A DNA stretch of 64,000 nucleotides from Alphaproteobacteria bacterium (GTDB lineage Bacteria; Pseudomonadota; Alphaproteobacteria; Rickettsiales; UBA8987): contig JAUIEX010000001.1 in assembly GCA_030429725.1 (NCBI GenBank), positions 3,684-67,683 on the forward strand, written 5' to 3'. Shown here one piece after another: positions 40,115 to 49,372 of the stretch. The notes below the pieces were generated by a model that was not told where the DNA came from, searched no databases, and was given only the letters and a program-made list of their open reading frames with translations. Each line of letters starts with the position of its first letter. Position 1 is the first letter of the stretch. The position numbers and the translations under genes are program-made.

Positions 40115-40981
40115 TTACCATTCAAATGCTAAGCTGCAGGTACGCTGCCGGCCACCATTGACTGACATAGAATAGGTTACAGGGTTCGCAGTATTGCCAA
40201 GATTGTCATAACAAGTTGACGTGCTTGCAGCGGCAGCCGTTGAGCCTGTAGCCGTACCCACCCATGCAAGTGGATAGCTTGCCGGCGCACCATTAAGCAG
40301 CCGTTGAGCTGTGATTGTACCTGTCAGCGGGTTCCCATCATCCATTTTTCTGTCGATGCCATACGCCGCTTCAACCGGCACATTATTTTGCTGGGTAAAG
40401 TTACCTAAACCAATATTATAGCCACTTAAATTAGAAGTAAGCATACCGGTCAGGCCAAAATATGGAATGCCGGCTTTATTCGTATCACTGGCACTAAAAA
40501 CAATAATATGCATGTCTGACCCTAGCCTGCTTTGGGGAAAAATCTCATGGATATTGCTGCTATCGTAATTGCCGACAGGTGCAGTACAGCTTACAGAATT
40601 TAATGTATCTCTAATATAACCAGCCACAAATAAATCGTTCCAAAACATGGTATTCTCACCGTTTTGAACGTTGCCACGATTATTTGTCGCATAACCACCC
40701 CAATTACCTTCAATAAAACCATCACCATTACCGGTTCCGGGATAAGAACCCCTTGCTTTAAAGCCGAAATCTTGAGCGTTACTGCAATCACCCGGCAGGC
40801 AGTCATATTTTGTTTGAAAACTTTGCGTTGCAGTATGATATTGCTGAATCTGAGAGACTTGGTCAGTTATTCTAGCAGCAAAAATCAGACTTTGGCCAAC
40901 GATGACCCCTGAAATAATCAAGCCCAAAATCACTAAAACAATTGATAACTCAACCAATGTAAAAGCATTTTTATTTTTCAT
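40115..40981 (-). CDS. Type IV pilin / T2SS pseudopilin-like protein (prepilin-type N-terminal methylation domain)
   Basis: MKNKNAFTLVELSIVLVILGLIISG has a class III signal-like N-terminus with Glu at +5. Cys pairs in the C-terminal half. ~40% G+C. Confidence 0.75.
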   Translation of the reverse strand: MKNKNAFTLVELSIVLVILGLIISGVIVGQSLIFAARITDQVSQIQQYHTATQSFQTKYDCLPGDCSNAQDFGFKARGSYPGTGNGDGFIEGNWGGYATNNRGNVQNGENTMFWNDLFVAGYIRDTLNSVSCTAPVGNYDSSNIHEIFPQSRLGSDMHIIVFSASDTNKAGIPYFGLTGMLTSNLSGYNIGLGNFTQQNNVPVEAAYGIDRKMDDGNPLTGTITAQRLLNGAPASYPLAWVGTATGSTAAAASTSTCYDNLGNTANPVTYSMSVNGGRQRTCSLAFEW

Positions 40982-41037
40982 TTTTCAAATAATGACTGCA
41001 AATCTGCCTGGAAAGCAAGTCACAAAGAAGCATTTTC

Positions 41038-41100
41038 TTAAAAATCATGCTCAAAGCCGCCTTCTGGCGGCTTTGTTGCGTCTGGCGCATCGTTGAGCCA
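41038..41100. repeat. The 63-bp direct repeat copy that forms the functional 3' end of thiL
   Basis: Identical to 40050-40112. Encodes the ...KPPEGGFEHDF-stop end of thiL. Confidence 0.95.
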
Positions 41101-42012
41101 CCGCACTGCTGGCTTTTCGGCATGGTTTGGTGGCGTCACCTTACCAATTAATGCCACCGCACATTCCGCTTTATCCGCCGCCGCCTGCACCATATCCCGC
41201 TTTTCCGGCGCAGCGGTAAACAGCAATTCATAATCATCCCCGCCTTGCAGCGCAATCTTCTGCGCCGCATCATCCATGCCGCCCGGCAATGCTTGCAACA
41301 ACCCAGCCATGCTAATTTCCAGATCAACCGCACTTGCTCGCGCTAACTGTTGAACATCCCCGGCAATGCCGTCAGAAATATCCATACATGATGAAGCCAC
41401 ACCCACCAGCGCACGCCCCAGCGTAATGCGCGGCTCCGGCTGGTTAAACCGCGCGATGGCCGCCGCCTGCAACATGGCATCATCCAGCGCAATCCGCTTT
41501 TGTTGCACGGCCAGCCCCAAAGCACCCAGCCCTAATTGCCCGGAAACATACACATCATCACCCGCCTGTGCGCCAATTCTGCGCAGCGCACATCCGGCAT
41601 CCACCAGCCCCAATATCGTGCAGGAAAAAATCATCCCCACCCCGGAGGCCTGCACCGTATCTCCACCCAGCAGCGCTACACCATAAGCCGATTGCCAATC
41701 CCCAAGCGCCCCACAGAAGGATTGCACCCAGCTTTCCTTGATTTTTGGTAATGCCGCCCCCAGAAAATAGCCATATGGCACGGCACCCATCGCGGCAATG
41801 TCGGATAAATTGCTGCCCATCACCCGTGCGGCGGCCACCTCCGGCAAGCAACCCGGCAAAAAATGGACGCCTTCCACCAGAACATCTTTGGTTATCACCA
41901 GCTCTTTTCCTGATGGCACATTCAACAGCGCCGCATCATCCATCAACCCTGCGGCGGCGGCATCCGTCGCAAGCGGCTTCAGATAACGGTGAATCAGCTC
42001 AAATTCCTGCAT
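41038..42012 (-). CDS. thiL: Thiamine-monophosphate kinase
   Basis: EFELIHRYLKPL N-terminus, AIR-synthase-like fold motifs (DDAALL, LGGDT). The nusB-thiL order is conserved. Confidence 0.88.
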   Translation of the reverse strand: MQEFELIHRYLKPLATDAAAAGLMDDAALLNVPSGKELVITKDVLVEGVHFLPGCLPEVAAARVMGSNLSDIAAMGAVPYGYFLGAALPKIKESWVQSFCGALGDWQSAYGVALLGGDTVQASGVGMIFSCTILGLVDAGCALRRIGAQAGDDVYVSGQLGLGALGLAVQQKRIALDDAMLQAAAIARFNQPEPRITLGRALVGVASSCMDISDGIAGDVQQLARASAVDLEISMAGLLQALPGGMDDAAQKIALQGGDDYELLFTAAPEKRDMVQAAADKAECAVALIGKVTPPNHAEKPAVRWLNDAPDATKPPEGGFEHDF

Positions 42013-42027
42013 GCCATCACAATCTGC

Positions 42028-42534
42028 TTAATCGCGATAAAATTGCGCCGCACCATCCAGCAATGCATTGACGAAGCGCGGCTCCGACTCTTCAAAAAAA
42101 GCAGCGGTAATTTTCACATAATCCGTGATGATGATTTTAGCCGGAATCTCTTCCATCATCAGCAACTCATAAATGGCAACACGCAAAATGGCATGCACCA
42201 CCGGTGTCAGCCGGCTTAAAGACCAACCCTCGGCCAGATGGCGTTCAATCACCTCATCCAACTCCGATTCCTTCTCCGTTACCCCGGCCACCAGCTTTCT
42301 GAAATAGGCACGATCCGCCTTCGGCACATCTTCCGCCTGCCCCCGACCCTGCGCCTGTTGCTCAAAGAAGCGAACCTGCTCCACCTCCATCATGTCCGGA
42401 CGATTGCCAAATTCCTGCGAATAAACCGCCTGCACCGCCATCAATCGCGCATAGGAACGTTTCGGTGGCGGCTGAACTTTAGGTGAATCTTCTCCGGAAA
42501 CCTGGCTTTCAGCGTTTGCTGCGTGATCTGTCAT
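42028..42534 (-). CDS. nusB: Transcription antitermination factor NusB
   Basis: RLMAVQAVYSQEF... and ...RLTPVVHAILRVAIYELL motifs. Confidence 0.88.
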   Translation of the reverse strand: MTDHAANAESQVSGEDSPKVQPPPKRSYARLMAVQAVYSQEFGNRPDMMEVEQVRFFEQQAQGRGQAEDVPKADRAYFRKLVAGVTEKESELDEVIERHLAEGWSLSRLTPVVHAILRVAIYELLMMEEIPAKIIITDYVKITAAFFEESEPRFVNALLDGAAQFYRD

Positions 42535-43443
42535 CTAATTCGCCATGTCCTGCACTTCATATTTTTCCAGATGCTTGCCCGCTTTCTGACAAGCCCCACA
42601 GATCACACCTTTATGGTTGTTATCGGGCTGCTGCGGATGTTCCACCGGTGTGGAGCAATTGCGGCAAATTACCGTCTGCGCCGGCGCAAGCGCGGCATCC
42701 ACCGCCACCCGGTCATCAAACACAAAGCAATCACCCTGCCACATACCATTTTTATTTTTGGTATCTTCCAGATATTGCAGAATGCCGCCTTTGAGATGAT
42801 ACACCTCCGGAAAGCCCATCTGCTTGAGCAGTGCCGTTGATTTTTCACAGCGAATGCCGCCGGTACAGAACATCGCCACCTTGCGGTGCTTTTGTGGATC
42901 AAGATGCTGCGTCACCCACTGCGGCAGCGACCGGAAATCCGCCGTTTTCGGGTTCACCGCCCCTTTGAATGTACCAATCTGCACCTCATAATCATTGCGC
43001 GTATCAATCACCACCACATCATCCTGTGCGATGAAATCATCCCATGCTTCCGGGCGGATATAATCCCCCACATTTTCCATATCCAGATCGTCATAAGCCA
43101 GACGCACAATTTCCTGCTTCAGGCGAATTTTCATCCGCTGGAACGGCATAAATTCCGCCACATGTTCTTTAAATTCCATTTCGGCAAAGCGTGCATCCGC
43201 ATCAAACCATGCAAAAAGCTGATCCATTCCGGCACGCGGCCCCGCAATGGTGGAATTAATCCCCTCCGAAGCCAGAAGAATCGTGCCTTTCAAACCCCAC
43301 TCACGGCACAGCGGCAGCAAGGTTTGCTTCACATCTTCACAATCCGCAACCGGCACAAAACGGTAGAATGCACGAATGACAATCGGCTCATCACTTAAAA
43401 AATCATGCGGTTCATTCACAGTTTCTACTTTCATTTCCTTCAT
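42535..43443 (-). CDS. trhO: Rhodanese-domain protein of the UPF0176/YceA family (tRNA U34 hydroxylase TrhO)
   Basis: FYRF N-terminus, rhodanese active site [10 protein letters not shown] and a C-terminal Cys-rich tail. Confidence 0.82.
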   Translation of the reverse strand: MKEMKVETVNEPHDFLSDEPIVIRAFYRFVPVADCEDVKQTLLPLCREWGLKGTILLASEGINSTIAGPRAGMDQLFAWFDADARFAEMEFKEHVAEFMPFQRMKIRLKQEIVRLAYDDLDMENVGDYIRPEAWDDFIAQDDVVVIDTRNDYEVQIGTFKGAVNPKTADFRSLPQWVTQHLDPQKHRKVAMFCTGGIRCEKSTALLKQMGFPEVYHLKGGILQYLEDTKNKNGMWQGDCFVFDDRVAVDAALAPAQTVICRNCSTPVEHPQQPDNNHKGVICGACQKAGKHLEKYEVQDMAN

Positions 43444-43464
43444 TCCTTCGTATACCTCATACCC

Positions 43465-45006
43465 ATGGAAAAAATGCTTATACTGGATTTTGGTTCACAA
43501 GTCACCCAGCTGATTGCGCGGCGCGTGCGTGAAAGCCATGTTTATTGTGAAATTAAGCCCTACACAACCAGTCTGGAAGAAATCCGCGCCTTCAACCCAA
43601 AGGGCATTATCCTCTCCGGCGGCCCCAGCTCCATTTATGGTGACGGTGCACCGAACATCACCCCGGAAATTTTTGAGCTTAACCTGCCCATCCTCGGCAT
43701 CTGCTATGGCCAGCAGCTGATGTGCCATTTGCTGGGTGGCCGGGTGGAAGCCAGTCATGAGCGTGAATATGGCCGCTCAATGCTGCATGTTGAGCAACAC
43801 TGCACCTTGTATAACGATTTCTGGCCGCAAGATTCACAGCATCAGGTGTGGATGAGCCATGGCGATAAAATTACCGCCCTGCCGGAAGGTTTCAGCGTGG
43901 TTGCCACCACGGAACACTCGCCTTATGCCTTTATCGCCAATGAAGCACGCCTGTTTTACGGCGTGCAATTTCACCCGGAAGTGGTGCACACACCCGACGG
44001 CGCAAAATTGCTCCGCGCCTTCACGCATGATATTTGCGGCTGCGCGGGTGATTGGACGATGGATAATTTCCTTGAAATGGAAATTGCGAAAATCCGCAAA
44101 CAAGTGGGCAAAGGCCGCGTGATTGCCGGCGTCTCCGGCGGGGTGGATTCCACCGTAGTGGCTGCCCTGCTGCATCAGGCCATTGGCGATCAACTACATT
44201 GCATCTTTGTAGATCATGGCTTGCTGCGTAAGGATGAGGCCAGACAGGTGAAGGAACTATTTGAGGATTTCCACATTCCCCTGCATCAGGTGGATGCTTC
44301 GGAGCTGTTTCTTGGCAAACTCAAAGGCGTGGATGACCCGGAAAAGAAACGCAAAATCATCGGCGGCACTTTCATTGACGTGTTCGACGAAGAGGCAGGA
44401 AAAATTGGCGATGCCGATTTTTTAGCGCAAGGCACGCTCTACCCGGACGTGATCGAATCCGTCTCCGTGCATGGTGATGCTGCAGTCACCATCAAATCCC
44501 ACCATAATGTGGGTGGCCTGCCCGCCCATATGAAAATGGAGTTGGTGGAGCCGGTACGTGAATTATTTAAAGACGAAGTGCGGGAGCTTGGCCGCACACT
44601 TGGCTTGAAGGAAGAGATGGTCAGCCGCCATCCTTTCCCCGGCCCCGGGCTGGCCATCCGCATTCCCGGCGCAGTTGACGCTGAAAAAGTGCGTATCCTG
44701 CAAGAAGCGGACGCCATCTACATTCAGGAAATTCGGAGTGCCGGGCTGTATGACGCCATCTGGCAGGCCTTTGCCGTGCTTCTGCCCGTGCGCACCGTGG
44801 GCGTGATGGGTGATGCCCGCACCTATGAATTTGTCTGCGCGCTCCGCGCTGTGACCAGCACCGATGGCATGACGGCGGATGTTTACCCGTTCGATCATAG
44901 CTTCCTCAACCGCGTTTCCAGCCGCATCGTCAACGAGGTTAAAGGCATCAACCGCGTGACCTACGACATCACCAGCAAACCCCCCGGCACCATCGAGTGG
45001 GAATAG
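43465..45006 (+). CDS. guaA: GMP synthase (glutamine-hydrolysing)
   Basis: GATase motif [13 protein letters not shown]-loop SGGVDSTV, C-terminal ...[11 protein letters not shown] at 43465. Confidence 0.96.
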   Translation: MEKMLILDFGSQVTQLIARRVRESHVYCEIKPYTTSLEEIRAFNPKGIILSGGPSSIYGDGAPNITPEIFELNLPILGICYGQQLMCHLLGGRVEASHEREYGRSMLHVEQHCTLYNDFWPQDSQHQVWMSHGDKITALPEGFSVVATTEHSPYAFIANEARLFYGVQFHPEVVHTPDGAKLLRAFTHDICGCAGDWTMDNFLEMEIAKIRKQVGKGRVIAGVSGGVDSTVVAALLHQAIGDQLHCIFVDHGLLRKDEARQVKELFEDFHIPLHQVDASELFLGKLKGVDDPEKKRKIIGGTFIDVFDEEAGKIGDADFLAQGTLYPDVIESVSVHGDAAVTIKSHHNVGGLPAHMKMELVEPVRELFKDEVRELGRTLGLKEEMVSRHPFPGPGLAIRIPGAVDAEKVRILQEADAIYIQEIRSAGLYDAIWQAFAVLLPVRTVGVMGDARTYEFVCALRAVTSTDGMTADVYPFDHSFLNRVSSRIVNEVKGINRVTYDITSKPPGTIEWE

Positions 45007-45051
45007 GAATAGACGGTTGCTAAGATAAATCGCCAACCGGCGTGATAATCC

Positions 45052-46104
45052 CTAAACCTCTTTCTTAATCCGGAAATTATGCTCCGTATGCACGAAGCGC
45101 GCCGTACCGGTGCGGGTGCGTGTCACCAGGCTGTGCGTGGTAGCGCCACCGGGATAGCGCCGCACGCCATCCAGCATCCAGCCGCTGGTCACACCCGTGG
45201 CGGAAAACATCACATCACCGCGTGCCAGTTCCTTGCGGGTGTAAACCCGGTTTAAATCCGTAATGCCCATGCGGCGTGCATTTTCCTTCTGCGCGTCATC
45301 AATGGTCTGATCACCCTCACCGCTTTGTTCAAAAATCAGCCTGCCCTGCATCTGCCCGCCAACACAGGCCAAAGCGGCGGCAGCCAGCACACCTTCCGGC
45401 GCGCCACCAATGCCCATATACATATCCACGCCAGTTTCTGGCCGCGTGGCGGCAATAATGCCCGCCACATCGCCATCACCAATCAGTTGCACGCGCGCAC
45501 CGGCCTGTCGCAAATCGGCCACCAGCTTGCTATGACGATCACGCTCCAGCACAACCACCAGCAAATCTGAAACATCCACGCCCTTAGCTTTTGCCACATT
45601 TTTCAGGTTGGCTTCCGTGCTATTTTCCAAAGCAATCACACCCTCTGGCAGGCCCGGCCCCACGGCAATTTTATCCATATACACATCCGGCGCATTCAAA
45701 AACCCGCCTTCTTCTGCCATCGCCACCACGGCCAGCGCGTTGGGTGCGGCCTTGGCGCAGATGGAAGTTCCTTCCAGCGGGTCAAGCGCAATATCCACCA
45801 CCGGGCCACTGCCAAGCCCCACTTTTTCGCCGATATAAAGCATGGGCGCCTGATCACGCTCGCCTTCGCCAATCACCACCGTACCCGTTACATCAATGGA
45901 GTTCAGCGCCGTGCGCATGGCGTCCACTGCGGCCTGATCGGCAGCATCGGAATCTCCCATGCCAATCCACTTGCTGCACGCCACGGCGGCAGCCTCCGTC
46001 ACCCGCACCATTTCCAGCGCCAGATTACGATCCAGCTTATATGGCACGTCCGGGTTAAAATCTTCAATGTTACTGGCGGCGGCTTGCATGGCAATACTCC
46101 TCAA
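45052..46104 (-). CDS. glpX: Class II fructose-1,6-bisphosphatase (GlpX)
   Basis: Collinear with GlpX: LALEMVRVTEAAA..., DPLEGT, GGAPEGV. Confidence 0.92.
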   Translation of the reverse strand: MRSIAMQAAASNIEDFNPDVPYKLDRNLALEMVRVTEAAAVACSKWIGMGDSDAADQAAVDAMRTALNSIDVTGTVVIGEGERDQAPMLYIGEKVGLGSGPVVDIALDPLEGTSICAKAAPNALAVVAMAEEGGFLNAPDVYMDKIAVGPGLPEGVIALENSTEANLKNVAKAKGVDVSDLLVVVLERDRHSKLVADLRQAGARVQLIGDGDVAGIIAATRPETGVDMYMGIGGAPEGVLAAAALACVGGQMQGRLIFEQSGEGDQTIDDAQKENARRMGITDLNRVYTRKELARGDVMFSATGVTSGWMLDGVRRYPGGATTHSLVTRTRTGTARFVHTEHNFRIKKEV

Positions 46105-46160
46105 TCTTGTTTCTGAAATGCTATGCCGGAAAAAGCGCCATCAGGCAAGCTGAACTGTTT

Positions 46161-46727
46161 TTAAAACCAGCGTTCCTGAACGCGGATAATATCCCCCGGC
46201 AGCACAATGGTGGTTTCATTGGCGCGATATTCACGCTCCCCACGGCGGATAATAAAATCATCCTCTTTCGCGCGGTAACTATACCCCCCCGCCAGCGCCA
46301 CGGCATTAAGCATCCGCATTCCGCTCTCATAGGGAAAGCTGCCCGGCGCATTCACTTCACCCAGAATAAAAAACGGCCGGTAATTCAACACTGAAATCGA
46401 AAGCTGCGGGTTATTCACAAAGCCCTGTTGCAGCATGGCGGAAACACGCTGGGAAAGCCCGGTGATTGTTAACCCCGCGGCGGGCACATCCCCCAACAGC
46501 GGGAAGGATATCACGCCATCATTTTCAACGGCAAACTGGCCGGAAAGTTCCGGCTCCCCAAACACGGTGATCTGCAGCTGATCCCCCGCACCAAGCGTAT
46601 ATTGCCCATCCGTCACCGGTGGCAGGCTTTTACCGAAAGTCGGCAGATAGTCCGAAAATGGCAGAGAGCCCCCGCCGGAGCAAGACACAAGCAAAACCAT
46701 CGCCATCATTGTTAAGAATAAACGCAT
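46161..46727 (-). CDS. Polysaccharide export outer-membrane lipoprotein (Wza/Poly_export plus SLBB, short form)
   Basis: Lipobox LLVSCSGG. YTLGAGDQLQITVFGEPELSG...FPLLGDVPAAGLT motif. Confidence 0.8.
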   Translation of the reverse strand: MRLFLTMMAMVLLVSCSGGGSLPFSDYLPTFGKSLPPVTDGQYTLGAGDQLQITVFGEPELSGQFAVENDGVISFPLLGDVPAAGLTITGLSQRVSAMLQQGFVNNPQLSISVLNYRPFFILGEVNAPGSFPYESGMRMLNAVALAGGYSYRAKEDDFIIRRGEREYRANETTIVLPGDIIRVQERWF

Positions 46728-46812
46728 AAGATTAGACAAATTTCTTGAAAATAGACCCGCTATTCTCTGCAAAATTTTCTTTGTTCTTTAGCAAAATCAA
46801 TCTCATGGCAAA

Positions 46813-46840
46813 ATATCTCCTAATTTAATAACAGTGTCTA
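46813..46840. repeat. Solo arm of the 20446-20550 palindromic element
   Basis: ATATCTCCTAATTTAATAACAGTGTCTA matches the arm sequence with one substitution. No intact partner arm nearby. Confidence 0.65.
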
Positions 46841-46951
46841 ACTATAGCAGGTAATGCGCGGGATGGAAGGCTGCCATAGCGCTTTGATGAAAACCACATC
46901 AACTCCGTTGATTTATGCTGGCCTTAAAGCAAATGCGCGTTAAAAAGCAGC

Positions 46952-47881
46952 ATGGATGCGCAACAATTACAAACCACACTTGCCATTCCCGTGCGCGGCA
47001 CGCTGCGGCAGGGTGCGGATTTATCGAAAACCACCTGGTTTCGCGTAGGCGGCAGGGCGGATATCCTCTTTCGCCCGGCGGATGTGGACGATTTATCCCG
47101 GTTCTTAAAAGCGCTTCCGGCGGAAATTCCCGTCACCGTTCTTGGCGTTGGCTCTAATGTGATCATCCGCGATGGCGGCATTCGCGGCGTAGTAATTCGC
47201 CTTGGTCGCGGTTTTAATACAGCCACAGATGATAACAACAATATCACCGCCGGCGCGGCCATGCCGGATCAGCAATTGGCAAACTATGCCGCGCAAGCAT
47301 CCATCACCGGGCTGGAATTTTTAATCGGCATTCCCGGCACAATCGGCGGCGCGGTGAAAATGAATGCCGGCGCGTATGGCAGGGAAATGAAGGATATTGT
47401 ACAAAAAGTGCAGATCGTGCACCGCGATGGCACCATCGAATGGCTTCCCGCAGCAGCACTGAACCTCACCTATCGCCACAGCACCCTGCCGGAAGGCGCC
47501 ATCGTCACCGCGGCCATCATGGAAGGGGAAAAAGGCAAGCAGCAAGACATTCTGGCGCGTATGGCAGAAATTTCCGCCAGCCGTGAAGCCAGCCAACCCG
47601 TGCGGGAACGCACCGGCGGCAGCACCTTTGCCAATCCGGATCCCGCCACTTCAAACGGCAAGAAAGCGTGGCAATTGGTGGATGAAATCGGCGGGCGTGG
47701 CCTTCAGCACGGCACCGCGCAAGTGTCACAGAAGCACACCAACTTTCTGATCAACACCGATGCGGAGCATGGCCGCGCGGCCGATCTGGAAGCGCTGGGC
47801 GAAATGTTACGCAGCAAAGTCAAAGAGCAATTCGGCATCACTCTTCGCTGGGAAATTGAACGGCTGGGTGATCCAGAATAA
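46952..47881 (+). CDS. murB: UDP-N-acetylenolpyruvoylglucosamine reductase
   Basis: FAD-binding domain (TWFRVGGRADILF, VLGVGSNVIIRDGG) and a C-terminal MurB domain. Confidence 0.92.
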   Translation: MDAQQLQTTLAIPVRGTLRQGADLSKTTWFRVGGRADILFRPADVDDLSRFLKALPAEIPVTVLGVGSNVIIRDGGIRGVVIRLGRGFNTATDDNNNITAGAAMPDQQLANYAAQASITGLEFLIGIPGTIGGAVKMNAGAYGREMKDIVQKVQIVHRDGTIEWLPAAALNLTYRHSTLPEGAIVTAAIMEGEKGKQQDILARMAEISASREASQPVRERTGGSTFANPDPATSNGKKAWQLVDEIGGRGLQHGTAQVSQKHTNFLINTDAEHGRAADLEALGEMLRSKVKEQFGITLRWEIERLGDPE

Positions 47882-47898
47882 GCCTTTTTGCAAACGGC

Positions 47899-49326
47899 CT
47901 ACGACCGACCATCACCATCAACCACCATCCGCTTCCTGCCATCGGCCCACTCAATTTCCAGATTCATATCCTTTTGCGCCTGCTGCGCGCGAGTCACCGG
48001 CATTCCTTTTTCGTCACGCACAATGGCAAAGCCGCGCTCCAGCACCGCCTTGTAATTCAAACTCTCCAGCATCCGGCTGAGGCCGTCCAGCCGTTCCTGC
48101 TTCTGTTTGATCGGCCGGGTGATTAACGCCGCCGGCAAAGCACCGCGATGCATCAGGCGCTCGGCATGAACCGAAATGCTGCGTCGCAGCATTTCCGGCG
48201 AAAGCGCCACCTTCAGCCGCGCCATCCTGTCATCCAGCAGGCGCAGTTTTTGCTGCATCGCAGCATTAAGCCGCTCGCCACGGTCATCCACACGCTGCGC
48301 CATATGCTCCAGCACCTGCTGCGGCGTGCGCAGGCTGCCTGCACGCGCCTGAAGCCGCTCCTCTTCCCTGCGTAAACGCTGATGCATAGCACCATTGACC
48401 CGCAAGCTCACCTCATCAATATATGCGCGTAATTCAGCCCGCACCGGCACCGCCATTTCTGCCGCCGCCGTGGGCGTGGGGGCGCGTTTATCCGCCACAT
48501 AATCAATCAATGTTGTGTCTGTTTCATGCCCCACGGCAGAAATCAGCGGGATGCGTGAGGCAAACGCCGCGCGGCACACCACTTCCTCATTAAACGCCCA
48601 TAAATCCTCCACCGAGCCACCACCACGCGCCACAATCAGCACATCCGGCTGAGGAATTTCATCCGTTGGCAACAGGTGATTAAACCCCTCAATCGCAGCG
48701 GCAATCTGCCCGGCTGCCCCTTCACCCTGCACCGCCACCGGCCACAAAATCACATGGCATGGAAAACGGTCGGAAAGCCGGTGCAGAATATCACGAATCA
48801 CCGCGCCCGTTGGCGATGTTACCACCCCAATCACACGCGGCAGGAACGGCAATGCCTGTTTATGCTCCGCCTTGAATAAACCCTCGGCCTGAAGTTCCCG
48901 CTTGCGCTTTTCCAGCAGTGCCATCAGCGCACCTTCCCCCGCCGGTTCCATCCATTCCGCAATCAGCTGATAGTTCGACCGCCCGGCATAGGTGGAAAGC
49001 TTGCCCGTGGCGCGCACTTCCAGCCCTTCTTCCGGGGTAAAAGGCAGCTTCGCCGCCACGCCTTTCCAGCAAATGGCATTCAGCACGGCATTTTCATCCT
49101 TCAGGGAAAAATACACATGCCCGCTGGCTGCAATTTTCAGGCCGGAAATTTCCCCGCGCACCCGCACATGACCAAAACGATCTTCCACCGTTTTCTTCAG
49201 CGCACCGGAAATCTCCGACACCGTAAATTCCGGTACGTTGCTGCCGTCTTTTTCTAAAGATCGTGAAGACTCCTGCTGCTTTTTCGCCGCAGCAACTGAA
49301 AAAAGGTCATGCCTGCTATCATCCAT
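47899..49326 (-). CDS. xseA: Exodeoxyribonuclease VII large subunit
   Basis: OB-fold N-terminus (VRVRGEISGLK...GHVYFSLKD), catalytic core and coiled-coil tail. Confidence 0.9.
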   Translation of the reverse strand: MDDSRHDLFSVAAAKKQQESSRSLEKDGSNVPEFTVSEISGALKKTVEDRFGHVRVRGEISGLKIAASGHVYFSLKDENAVLNAICWKGVAAKLPFTPEEGLEVRATGKLSTYAGRSNYQLIAEWMEPAGEGALMALLEKRKRELQAEGLFKAEHKQALPFLPRVIGVVTSPTGAVIRDILHRLSDRFPCHVILWPVAVQGEGAAGQIAAAIEGFNHLLPTDEIPQPDVLIVARGGGSVEDLWAFNEEVVCRAAFASRIPLISAVGHETDTTLIDYVADKRAPTPTAAAEMAVPVRAELRAYIDEVSLRVNGAMHQRLRREEERLQARAGSLRTPQQVLEHMAQRVDDRGERLNAAMQQKLRLLDDRMARLKVALSPEMLRRSISVHAERLMHRGALPAALITRPIKQKQERLDGLSRMLESLNYKAVLERGFAIVRDEKGMPVTRAQQAQKDMNLEIEWADGRKRMVVDGDGRS

Positions 49327-49372
49327 AAACCCTTTCTAACCCAGCCGTCACCGTTTCGCACGTTATTATGAC

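Noticed and set aside
46752-46756. TAGAC pentamer as a possible degenerate left end for the solo repeat arm at 46813-46840
   Set aside because: Five nucleotides carry no statistical weight, and the sequence after it does not resemble the arm.
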